A stretch of DNA of 64,000 nucleotides from Epithemia pelagica (taxonomy: Eukaryota > Protista > Bacillariophyta): assembly GCA_946965045.2 (NCBI GenBank), contig OX337229.1, positions 124,001 through 188,000 on the forward strand, read 5' to 3'. This document shows, in pieces, positions 44,555 to 56,226 of the stretch; positions within the stretch are counted from its first letter, which is position 1, and every line of letters begins with the position of its first letter. The position numbers were made by a program, and so were the translations under genes. The notes under the pieces were generated by a model that saw only the letters and a list, made by a program, of their open reading frames with translations, was not told where the DNA came from and made no database searches.

Positions 44555-46934
44555 ATAGGAGTGCGTTGGTCTATAGACAGTGTGTTTTATTTATCTTTGG
44601 TCTGGTATTACAACATGTATACAGCGTATCAATGTACTATATATGCATAGAGGTATAAATAAACAGCGTCCTGGACTCTGACAACGATAGATCGATCAAT
44701 GATGGAGGAGCTGGACGTGGTGGACAGTCACCACGATTTTAAGATGTTTGATTCGGTCGGTTGTTACAAGGAAACAATACTGAAGTTACAACAGGGATAA
44801 TAGAGACAAGAGCTGTTGCCAATCATGTTTAACGTTCGTGTTGGAGCAATGGTACAACGTCTGATGGTTCCTTGTCATCACTGTCGTCCTCCAGTATCTC
44901 GTGTGTCTGTTCTGGTGCCACTGCTGCTTCCTGTGCAGCTTGCTGTTGTTCGAATTGTGGCTGTTGTTGCTGTTGCAAGAGCATGATTTCTCGCGTCTTG
45001 TTCAACTTGTAGTCCATGGCCTTTTCCCACTTGACGCGGACCAACTTGTACAAATCGAGAGCGGCCACGGCATCTTCGTGCGGACAATGCGGTCGTCCCG
45101 GCACTTGAATGTCGCGATGCAATTTGCACTTTGTTAAATCGCGCAATTTGCGAGGACTGCCGGGCAATCGACATGACGTTGCAGTCGTTGTGGTTTGCAA
45201 AAAGGGTTCCCATTTGGTCGTATCGCGTTGCAAATACCAGGGATAGCCGGGCAGTCCCAAGACGGCCAAGTCATTTTTCAACCCATGACCGACCAGAATT
45301 TGCGTCGTTTGCGAATAATCGAGCCATCCGTCGGCGTCCAAACAATTGGAAATGTGCAACAATTCCAAAATGGTATCATGACAAGTTTGCCAGGGGACGG
45401 CACCATTTTCGGCCAACAATTGATCGGCGGTAATGCCCGACACGTGCGTGCGATAATCGGTCACGGGCTGTGTCGGTTGCACATATTGATCCAAAACAAC
45501 TTGCCCATGCCAATCGACAATGACGACGCGGGCCAGTATCGAGTCAATTCCTCCGTAATCACCCACGCCCACCATTTCACAATCCAAGGCCCAGAATTGC
45601 GCTTCTTGTTCGGCCGTCAGGGGTGGATGTGATTTCGGAGTAGTCTTTTTGGTATTGGATTTCTTTGTGGGACGACGTCCATTCTTATTGTGGTTGTTGT
45701 TGGAGCGGCGTTGTTGTTGTTGCGATGACCGTTGTCGGCGTTGCGATTGAGTGGATCGACTGGACAAGGACGACGAGGAAGAATCCGACAATTCACCAGC
45801 ATCAATGACGGACTTGTTGTTGTTGCTGCTGCTTTGCCGTTTGCGTTTGGAAATGGCAGGATTCTTGGTTTGGTTCGACGAGGCGGGTTTGGTACTCGTC
45901 GTTGTGGTTGCTGATGCGACAGACTAGAGAATGAACAATCCATGAGAACAAGTTCTTCTTTGACATGGCATGGTACGACATGGTTGTCATTGGGAAGACA
46001 CAACTTACATGATAGTGGTGACTTTCCAACGAAATGACAGCCATGGTGATGATACAAGGAGCAGTATAGATAGTGTTGACTGATTGGGTAGCTCACAGGA
46101 GGTTAGAGACTGATGGTGAGATGAGGAAAGTAGATGGTGGACTTGGCACTGTCACGGTTGTGTATTTTATGATACCAAAGTCGCTTCAGATTCCAACGAT
46201 GACACCACACACGGAGATGATTCGAATGTGCTGCCGATGATGATGGCTTGTGCAAAATGACACAGTTGTGTGTTGGTCGTCTCGTGACGGTGTGTGGTAG
46301 GGTGCGCTGGTCTTGTATCCGCTGTTTTTGGTCCCGTTGTGTCAGTTGGCCAGATGGGTTCCAATGCGACCCTGGGGCCTCTGTCAGAGAATCCATTCGG
46401 GTCACTGTTGATATACTTACCAGAGTTATAGATTCTAATGTCTAGTTTTATTGTTATTGAGCGGATTTACTTGAGACGCTAGAAATAGTCATGAATGACA
46501 GGGGCATAGATCGAAACAGGCATTGCACCCAACAAGGAACAGCAGAGGTGCAAAGGCCTCCATATCGGATGACACCGAGCAGAAGGACGATGTCATTCGC
46601 CTGGATTCTCTTCCGTCCGCAGCAATTCGCATCTTGTGGCAACTTCTTCGCATTGGTGCGTGCTTTCATGCGCGCAATGGGGTGGAATGTGGGAATTCGA
46701 ACTGGGAGAACACAGAATAGAAGAGGAGAACCGAACCCGTGCTTCAGAAGAAGCCCCACCACAACACAGAGAAGAATTCGCGCTGGGTTTTCTTCGAAGA
46801 TCGAAGAGAAAGGAACCGCGACTGTTCTTGGATCGGTTTTTGGATGTGGCCGGTTCCGGACGAACTCGGAACCAACACCATTCGCTGTGACGTAGTACAT
46901 GACGTCAGGAGTCGTGGCGGGAGTGATTGTGGTC
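44555..46934 (-). repeat. Inverted segmental duplication, arm 2
   Basis: Partner of 35324-37630, with many substitutions and small indels. Confidence 0.88.
44829..46044 (-). CDS. REX4: REX4-like DEDDh exonuclease, copy 2, 2 exons
   Basis: Same exon 1 and an 85-nt intron (45924-46008); catalytic motifs intact. A 4-nt insertion near the 3' end gives an earlier TAA. Confidence 0.85.
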
Positions 46935-47249
46935 GGAAGCACAAGTCTAATTGGAGCCGCCTGCGCGTGCGCCAGCGCACCTCGTGGCAAGTGGGTGGTG
47001 GCAATGCATGCGTGGTCCAACCCAGACGTGGAGGAATGGAGGTCTGTCGGCATCCCGTTCGTTCGATGGAGCGAATCTTTTTTGTTGTTGATGACACCTC
47101 ATCATCATCATCTCGTTCCAGTTGAACGAGTCCCATTCATCATCATTCGCACCATCTCGGATACAATCCTCCTCCGAAACCCAACCCAAACCAAACCGTT
47201 GACGGACCACCAACCACCGCCAGAATCACCATTCTACTGATTGGGAATC

Positions 47250-48284
47250 ATGAAACTTTTTCCTCCTGCTTCGTACACGGCGACAACGACGACGCACCTG
47301 TTGCGACGACGACCACCACCACCACGACGAACCACTTCGTGGGCGGCGGCCGCCACGGCGGTGGCAGTTCTCACGCATGGACCGGCCGTGTCGTCCGCGT
47401 GGGTGGTACGTCGACCGTGGCATTCGTCGTCTCTTCGGGTTGGATCGACTCGAATCCCCATAACCAGCCCCTATTCGGATCCCTCCCGTTGGCCATTGAC
47501 CCCGTTTGGAGCAGGGTCGTTGTCACAGTCGTATCATTCCACATCGTCGACCCAACTCTTTGCCGGTCCCAATAAGGACAGTTGGTGGACCCGAACCAAA
47601 CGAGCGGCCAAATCGCTCGTGCCGCAATCGTGGTTGCCCCAAAAGGATCGAGAAGAAATGCAACGGGCCAAACTGGTCCAACAACAACAAGATGACTGGA
47701 ACAATCAAATTTCTGGCGGCATGACGGAATTGCTCAAGGGTGCACCCCTTCCGATTCGTCTCGTGGGTCGCATGGTGGCACCCCTCCTCAGTTCGGCCCT
47801 GTCGCAAGTCGCCCAAGCGGCGCAAGAACAACAAGCCACGTTGGACCGTGTCTTGGATCAAGCCATGGTCTGTATTGAAACCAACGATGCCGTTCACGAC
47901 ATGTTGGGGTCCCCCGTCCAAGTGTCGTCCACTCCCACGTCCCAAAGTAGTAGCAGTGCTTCCACAAACATCAATGGTCGAACCACGATGCAACAACGAA
48001 TCCAAGTCACCTTGTCGGTTCAAGGGAGTCGCCACGCCGGTGTTGCTGTCGTGACGGCCACAGAAGACGGCTTGCAATCCATTCAAGTACAGGCACAAGG
48101 GAGTGGACGCCTGATTCAAGTTCCCATTCGAACCGTGGTGGATGTGGAGGGATCCGTCACCTCCATTTCCTCGACGACCACGACCAGTAGCAATCGTCGT
48201 CCCACACTCGGCAACAAGAATGTCATTGTCGATGCCGAGATTGTCGACGAAACCAAAGATGAGGATCGCCGTCGTCGTCCTTGA
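47250..48284 (+). CDS. Uncharacterised, probably plastid-targeted protein
   Basis: Leader AAAATAVAVLTHGPAVSSA|WVV followed by a Ser/Arg-rich transit-like segment, then a globular-looking core (PLPIRLVGRMV..LGSPVQV..SQSSSS..ING). Confidence 0.65.
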   Translation: MKLFPPASYTATTTTHLLRRRPPPPRRTTSWAAAATAVAVLTHGPAVSSAWVVRRPWHSSSLRVGSTRIPITSPYSDPSRWPLTPFGAGSLSQSYHSTSSTQLFAGPNKDSWWTRTKRAAKSLVPQSWLPQKDREEMQRAKLVQQQQDDWNNQISGGMTELLKGAPLPIRLVGRMVAPLLSSALSQVAQAAQEQQATLDRVLDQAMVCIETNDAVHDMLGSPVQVSSTPTSQSSSSASTNINGRTTMQQRIQVTLSVQGSRHAGVAVVTATEDGLQSIQVQAQGSGRLIQVPIRTVVDVEGSVTSISSTTTTSSNRRPTLGNKNVIVDAEIVDETKDEDRRRRP

Positions 48285-48808
48285 TTCGAAACGAAACAGA
48301 TACAAATCAATCCTCCAGCACTGCTGCTGGTCAGTCTTACGCCACTGACTGTGGTTGGAATGTTATTATTGTGGTTGTGGTCCCATGTCGCATGGTACCA
48401 AACGAATCCCTGGAATACTAAATGGATAAAAGGCAGTGCGTGTGGTTTCGTCGGGGGCAGGCACGGGTCCACCCGCCCCAACAAGCTCTTGTGTGTGTGT
48501 GTGTGTGTGATGGTGCTCCTTGGATTGCACTCTCGTTATGGACGGAGCACTCATACCTAGGTAGGTAGGTCGCTATGACTAGAAATCGTTACGTCATTGC
48601 TTAGAGAGGTATCATGGTCTCTAGAGTTGTAGTAGAAAGAACGTGACCCGCAATCCAGAATCACTCTTTTGTCCAAGAGAGAGTGTTTGGATCGTCTCCA
48701 AAAATACTACAACACTAGCACGATCGAGCACGAGAAAGAGAGAGAGAGATGGGCACGACTCTCATCAGATCAGGAGGAGATGGGCCGAAACAATGCATGG
48801 GATTGAAA

Positions 48809-48893
48809 ACAGGGTTGACCGCCCAGAGCATAGTAAGGTTATCAGTATTTGACAGGGTTGACCGCCCAGAGCATAGTAAGGTTAGCAGTATTT
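48809..48893. repeat. 43-bp tandem duplication
   Basis: ACAGGGTTGACCGCCCAGAGCATAGTAAGGTTA(T/G)CAGTATTT occurs twice. Confidence 0.9.
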
Positions 48894-48895
48894 TT

Positions 48896-49240
48896 GGCAC
48901 GTGACAACCATACACACATGGGCTGTAAAGCAGGTACTACAACACTTTTGTGGAATAGCACGATCAAACTATACGAGAGATACAGGACACTCTCTTATAA
49001 TAGGAGGAGGAGCCAACAATGCGTTGGCACAGAGCACAGAGAGACCATTTTGTGTGGCACGTGACAACCCCCAAATGAGATCTCCTTTTTTTTTCTTGTG
49101 GAATTTGGGTGAAGCGAGAATCATCATACACATGGGCTTTGGAAACAGGTATACGGATACCTAAATCACACATCCCATTTCATTCATCTCGCTCAGAACC
49201 ATCTCATGATAAGAGTACGAACTATGCGGCACGTGCAACC
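48896..49240. promoter_or_regulatory. Three G-box (GGCACGTG) elements at ~165-bp spacing
   Basis: GGCACGTGACAACC at 48896 and 49056 and GGCACGTGCAACC at 49228, upstream of the ORF at 49445. Confidence 0.35.
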
Positions 49241-49444
49241 CCAAAGGCCTCAAGACTCAAAAGAGATCTTTGGAAGCGAGTACTCTAGCTATTAGCTAGA
49301 TGATCGATGGAAACGGGAGTAGATAACATCCCATTTCATTCGAGGTGGATCCAACAACTGTTCTCATAAAAAAGAAACAAAATAATACTAACTTCCAACA
49401 TCTCTTTCTATCTATAGTGCTTCCATAACAAACTCCAAACTCTC

Positions 49445-50044
49445 ATGCTCAACACAATGGACTTGCTTCTACTGAGCTACGCCCAAAACGACCTGGACAA
49501 TCTTTTGGAAAACATCTCACAACGAGAAAACAAGGTTTCCTTCCTCTTGTCCCTATCAGACTCTCTGCAACAGAGAATGAGTTTTGAAACCAACTGGGTA
49601 TCCTGTCGCATGAACTGGCTTTTGGCTTCCCAAGCCTTTCTCTTGACTTGCTTGGCCGTGGCCGCAACCAGTGAGGTCAATCTGGACTTTCTCCAATCAT
49701 TGAACAAGACAGTCATTGTGGTGGGATTTGGTCATTCGCTCTTTGCCATCATCTCCATTACAACGGCCATTAGAACCAGTGGCAAACTCTTGCCACTCCA
49801 AGGCAAAGTAGATGAGAAATTGAAACGCCTGTGTGACAGGGATTGGCCCAATTTGGGAGCACGACGCCAACGAAAGGACTGGAATTCTGTCACTCTGGGC
49901 AGAGTGTCCGATTTTTGTACACCTGTGCTCTTGTTGTGGGCTTGGATCGCCATTGCCATTGCACTGGCAAAAGACGAACATGTCTTTCAGAATTTTGAAC
50001 TGGCTTACAATTACCGCAACTGGACTAACGGGCTTGAGGAGTGA
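49445..50044 (+). CDS. Small 3-TM membrane protein, unknown function
   Basis: Three hydrophobic helices (NWLLASQAFLLTCLAVAA; VIVVGFGHSLFAIISITTAI; PVLLLWAWIAIAIALA); intronless. Confidence 0.55.
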   Translation: MLNTMDLLLLSYAQNDLDNLLENISQRENKVSFLLSLSDSLQQRMSFETNWVSCRMNWLLASQAFLLTCLAVAATSEVNLDFLQSLNKTVIVVGFGHSLFAIISITTAIRTSGKLLPLQGKVDEKLKRLCDRDWPNLGARRQRKDWNSVTLGRVSDFCTPVLLLWAWIAIAIALAKDEHVFQNFELAYNYRNWTNGLEE

Positions 50045-53000
50045 TACTTCATTCAGACCATGCCGTGACCAGAAGTATGACCGCGAAAGCACGCGTTCAA
50101 CTCCATCATTATGCATGTCGTAGGAATAGCGACAATATGGATAACAAATAGAAAGATCAAAAGTTTTTGTGCAAGAACACAAACGTGGCCATTCGCATGT
50201 AGTTCGTGGAGAAACAAATCTCCCGTCTCAGAGCTTTCACATGTTGCAACTGCTTCGTACCTGAGCGAGGGGGGACATGGCGACAGGGAGTGTGTTGCTG
50301 TGTGGATTCTGTGGGAGATTGCGCTGGTAGAACCATGGTTGTCCTGAAATCCCATGGTGCGGCTGGAACGAGTCTAGTGTCGAGCGGTATACCCAGCACG
50401 CACGCCTTGATTTGGTGATCTCTTAGTGCACTCCATCGCATCTCTTCCTCGTTCTGGCAACACAACGACGGGCCCTGTGAAGCAACAGAAATCGCTTCGT
50501 GTCGAACCCATACTCGAGTAGATGGAACAGATTCTTGTCTTTTGTGGCGTCGAGGATGGGTACCCCATACTCATTCTCGTCGTCTTGTTCGTTCTCACTG
50601 TCCTGAGATTCGTCCTTTCTCATCGATCAATGGCGACCAACAGTGCCTTGGCTGAAACACCCGAAATCGTAAAGGGAAAGTGAACTTTCTCATCAATTCA
50701 ATGAATCGGTGAGTCCAAGTTTCTTGAGCTTCAAGTGTTTGCTATTGTATGTATGATTGCATGACAGTCGACTTTCTCATCGACACAAGACATGAGAGGG
50801 AGATAAAATATTATGATACTCATATAGAGTCCAAGTCGTCATCATGGTGTCGGAAGCAGAGGTGCGCGGAGGGTCCATCAAGAAAGATTTTTGCTCAATC
50901 GCAGATCGGTCGCTAGTTTGCCACCGACCGGCGTTCCACCAGGACGGAATGGGAGCAGGTCAGCCTCGTCTTTGTGTTGCTTTGTCAGTCGACCATGGGA
51001 CGGCCCTACCCACGTGCAGTCATGCTGGATCCATGGAAAAGCCAACTCTACAGGTATCGAGCTTCTGCTACGATGAGGGAGGCCATTCTAAAGTCGAACC
51101 ATGAATATTTGTGAACGTGCATTCGATCCGTCTGTTTTTTATGCCCCCCAAAGGCTTCTTCGGGTCAAGAAAACGGCTGCTCCGACCATTTTATATGGTT
51201 GAGATTAAGATCACTAGAAAGGACATGCTTTGAATGTTTGCTTCTGTTGGATCGCCCGTGCGTTGGCACGATGCAATCGAATCTCCTCCAGAAAACACGC
51301 CGTGTTTCCATTTTTGACAAAAATCAGGACACCGAACAATGCAGCGTGGCTTTGGAAGTTGGAATGCTTCTGCGCATGAACTGAAAAATGACAAGGGGAG
51401 GCTCACACGTTCCAGATTGACTCGTCGAGGGTCTGATCCTCTTTGTTGACCGGTCCAAAGACCAACGACGTTTCTCTGGTCGCACCACTGAAAGACGATA
51501 CAGACGGCCGGTGTGCAGACCATGGTGCGAAGTAATGCGAACCATGAAGGTTCGCATTAGTTGAGATAAGAGATTAGTTCACGAGAAAGGCGTCGGCAAA
51601 CCCAGAATTCGATGGAAGCATCAGTTGGATCTCTTGGAGAGCTGCTGGTGAGCGTTGAATATGTATCGATTGGAGCACTTTTTACAGCGATCCTATTCCA
51701 TTTTCCATCCTCTTATTGTCTTCCGCTACACCAACAACAAGACCTCGATCACGGCATTGTAGATCATAATACTCTTTCCAAATCCAAAAGTCGAAAGATA
51801 CACTCTTCGCATTGAGAAAGGGTTGTTTCTTTCATCTCTCATCTCCCAGCCATCACACTCCTTGCTACTCTTAATGAAAGAACAGACAGAACAACCGATC
51901 CGACATGAACACGACATGAAAAAGCAATGCGGCATTGAACAAGAACAAGAGGTGTTCGACCCTCACGCTACTCGTGCGTGAGGTTTACCATGTCCTTTTC
52001 TGGAGTCAGTGAAGGCGGACAGACGTGAGAGAATCAACAAAGATTCCCCTGATGCCAGAGAGGCGCTGATCCTATTTCATTGTTGAGGAGGGCTTCTGTG
52101 GGCCATGACATCAGGACGGTGGCTCTGCAATCATCACAAACCCTCAGTTGTCACTTTCCAGGAAGGGCCAGTCTCCAAAAGTTCTCGTTCGGGGGCCGGT
52201 AGGCTTGGAGCACTATAATCAGTTCGCTCCAGCCAAAAAGTGCCACAATATTTCAGACAAACGGAGATTTATCAAAGAAATCAGCTGCAAGCCCGCTGGT
52301 CGTACCAGGGCTTGTTCGACAATCCCAACGCAGAAAAACAGTACACCATGAAGAGAAGAAATAATCGGAACACTTGAATAACCAGACCCAAACCAAAACC
52401 GAAACTCCTCTTGAACCAATAATCAATAGTGCATTGCATATCGCTTCGACTACGACGACCCCTTCATCCCGCAACACACACACAATGGACCGGATTACAT
52501 AATGACAAATGAGAACTGGACGACTGTTTCATACCGGTGAATTGTGCAGGATAAACTAACGACGCGACAGTGACCCTGCAAGAAACCTTTTGTACTAATC
52601 AGGGATGCATGGAACGAATGATGACTCCTCTGTTTGATCCACGGTATGAGGCGAGAGTTCGGATTTGGAAGATGGAGATGCAACTATTCCGGATCAGATG
52701 CATGATTCGCATTACTTGCTATTCCTACCATGCCGCCATTAGTCCGACGCATCCAAGAGAGCCAAAGAAAGAAAGCTAAGAGGACCTTGAGTCCAAACGC
52801 CGAAGACAAATGGGCGTGGCGATGAGGATGCATCGAATCCTGTATAGGGCGCTTCTCATTCGAATTCATTTGCCGCCATTACTGTAAAGATTCTACCGCA
52901 ATGAACGAAGATAGCGATGGCAAGTGTGTAAGAGGCAATGGTTTTTTCCTGAGGTTATGGTTGGCTCACAATCTCAAGTGCTCACAAATCTTGAGTTGAA

Positions 53001-53125
53001 CAACAACTTAACGCTCTTCCCGGTAAGTCAGTGCATCAAGAAGCGAACAAGCTGGAGCATTGTCCGAAAGTTTCCGACTAACTCAATCAATTTGTTGACC
53101 TCTTGCAGAATTTATATCCTTGATC

Positions 53126-54546
53126 ATGAGGATGATGTTGTTGAAGAGTGTCTTTGCCCTTGTCCTTTCGTCCGGTCTCAAAGTGTCTGCTTCAAGCATC
53201 GAAGAGGCCGGTGAAATATCTCCTATGCTACGCGGAGGTGCTCGCGAGCTGAGTGACACATGTGATTGGAAAGTCAAGGTAGATGGTTCGGCTCCTTTGG
53301 GTAGTGGCGCTGTGCCGCTCGACGTGGAGGTAAAACTAACGGGCAACACGATTGCGGTCGAAACCATTCAGATGGGAACTTCTAGTGCATTGTATTCGTC
53401 TGCATGGATGACACAGCAGCCATGTTCATGGGAGACTTTCACAATCAAGCCAGCATCCAACGGAACCGAGATCAAAGTCACGTCGGTGCATCTCTACGAG
53501 AAATACGCAGGAACAGCAGAATATCCGGTACATTTTGAAGACTGCTTTGCCACAAGCGATGCCGACAGTTGTGCTGAGCTCAATCCTGGTGGAAGCGACA
53601 CCTGCCGCGATATCTCTCTCATTTATACTACAGATTCGGCAACCTTTTCTGATGCGGATGATTCCGTATCTTGTATGGCACAGACCTGCCCTTATCAAGT
53701 TAACTTCAAATCACAGTCGCATTCTGGCGACTCGGAAATTGAAGCCGTTCTTACCACAGAACTTGGCACCACCTACTCCAAGGTTTTCACGGTTGATACG
53801 ACGTATGGGGACAAGATTATCGATCTTCCCGAGGTGCCTTGTCAAGTTCAGTGGGAAAACATTGAGTTCACACAGAAGAGTGATGGGCCATATGTTGATC
53901 TCCGGTATTTTTCTTTGTTAGAGGATAGTCTTTTGGGAGCCGGAAGCACTGTGATCCATGGCGATGGTTGTTTTTCAAGCACTGGGACATGTGCGGACCT
54001 AGAGGGTACCTCAGTTGATGAATGTGACAGCTCTTCAACTGGCGGCATCAAACTTGCCAACCTTGATGATTCTACAAATTTTCTTCTTCATCCGAAGACG
54101 AAACTTGCTTCACCTCTCTTTACAAGGTCTTGCTCAGTGCTGTATCGGGCCCTTCGCCTTCCCCGGTATTCTTGACATTGAACGTTGGAGACGACAGCTA
54201 CACATCCACTGTAATCGTTACAACGGACTATGGAAATCAGTGGTCCACAGTCTTTCGTACTACCACAGGAGACATCACATCTGAATGGACATCCTTGGAA
54301 ATTCGACAGGGATTTGCCGGTCCCTCGGTCGAAATCCGGCATGTGACATTGTATCAAGGAGAAGAAGCACCCATTCCCATTTTTGCGAAACATTGTTTCA
54401 ATAAGGCAGGATCCTGCGCGGACTTTACCAGGACGCATGAAAACCATTGCGGCGATGACGAAACAGGTGGTATCAAACTGACGAGCGCTTTTGACACCTT
54501 GATCATCGACAGCGATGGATCAGAATCGGATACCACTTTACCGTAA
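53126..54546 (+). CDS. Secreted Cys-containing protein with three ~135-aa repeats, split by a -1 frameshift at ~54082 (pseudogene, assembly error or recoding)
   Basis: Signal peptide, then repeats ending CF...SCA...C...GGIKL. Repeat 3 and its linker are in the -1 frame starting at 54082. Confidence 0.65.
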
Positions 54547-54611
54547 AATGATTGATGAATGCATACACAGACGCAAAACCGCATTTGAAGAGAAAAAAGC
54601 TACACGATACA

Positions 54612-54793
54612 AAATGAAGAACAAACGAGAAAATAAATCGTCTACATGTGAAGAGATATAATGAAACAACAGAGAAACAAAAAAGACTACGACAAAGAAC
54701 GAAATGAAAAACAAACGAGAAAAAGAATCGTCTATATGTAAAGAGATAGTATAATGAAACAACAGAGAAACGAGAAAGAAAACTACGACAAAG
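54612..54793. repeat. ~90-bp A-rich tandem duplication
   Basis: AAATGAA..ACAAACGAGAAAA..AATCGTCTA..TATAATGAAACAACAGAGAAAC..ACTACGACAAAG at 54612 and 54702. Confidence 0.8.
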
Positions 54794-56226
54794 TAAGAAT
54801 ATAGGCAATCATATCCAATTTTATTCGCACACAAGATCATATCCATCCTCGGCCACAATTAAAATCAATCACGTGCCTCTTCAATCACCGCTGTGACACC
54901 CCGTAGTACACGCGATTTGTCCCTAAAATCATTCAATACAGTGAACATCACCCAGACTGTGAAGACTGACATTGCAGTTTAGGCCACGCTGGATATCATC
55001 CCTTCTCCTCTTCGCAGCCTCATATCATTTCATACTACACCATCGGCTCGACTTCTTTCTCGCAAAAACAAGGACAATCGGGACTGTTGGTGAACACCGA
55101 CTACACGAGCTGGCAACTCCCACGATCTTGGTTGTCCCCAAAGATACAATGAATTATGAGTCGGAGGGGTCGCATTCATTCAACAAGAAAACCAAGAACT
55201 CCGAAACCAAGTTCTTGGTGGCAGGAATGACCAAACTGTTGAAAAGACCACCCCTTCCGATTCGCATAATGAGTCCAACGGTGGCTTCTTTTCTCAGGTG
55301 ATGGCCAACCACTCGGAACGGTGCATCGGTCACCGGCAGACGATCCACCAGGGAGGGCATCGGGATCTTTTTGACGTCATATCGTTTGTGTTGCTTTGTT
55401 AATCGATCATGGGACCGCTGCCAACGCATGATGCCAGGTTGTATCTGGCTGGATCCATACACTAGCCAATTCTTCAGGAATCTCGAGCTTCTGCAAACAC
55501 AAACATCACCACGCCCCACCCCCTATTAGTCCATGAAATGCACAAAATTATGAGGCTGATTTGATCGGTCTGGATTTTGGCTCAAGGACTCCTGGAGAAC
55601 ATGTACTGTGATGTAGTCTTCTTGTGTGGACATGAAATGGATGGACCAACAACAATCATCTTCATCAAGGATGGCATCCAAGATCGGGTCCGTATGATTT
55701 ATCGCGGATCTGTCGCGTTCTATCCATGCCGGCCGTCCTTCCGAATCAACAGTATCCCCCAGCGCAGGTCATTCTGGTAAGTTTTTTGGATTATTCTCTG
55801 AATTTCATTTGACGGCTCGGGAGTACGTGATCAGAGAGCGAGGCGAGCACAGGAAAAAGTGGTGCGTCTCTCCCGATTTCAAAGTTCAACACACTTCTGT
55901 TGTGGTCGACTCATGGATTTCCTTACTCAGTCATTACATCACTGCCGCCGTCCGTTTGTTTGAGGGTAGGGAAACGAACGGTGGTGGGATGGTCAAAAAG
56001 TAGTATGGTCTTGTCCCATGCTTTCGTACAATAGTTTTAACAGTACAAGGACAAACACAAGACTAGGAAATATAAACGGTACAAGCATGAAGCAACGTTT
56101 TTCATGTAGTGGTTATTCTACAGACAATGATGTAAATCGATCGATGGATAAAATGCATCTCAAACACACACACCCAACATGCCACATCCCCGCTTCTGGT
56201 GTCGAAAAGAATTCTGTTGTTTGTGT

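Noticed and set aside
50050-53100. Short ORFs of 60-110 aa on both strands
   Set aside because: No motifs, consistent frame or convincing splice model; may be decayed sequence.
54972-55780. Possible gene fragment (MQFRPRWISSLLLFAASYHF..)
   Set aside because: The signal-like start is interrupted by stops with no domain evidence; cannot be supported as a CDS or pseudogene.
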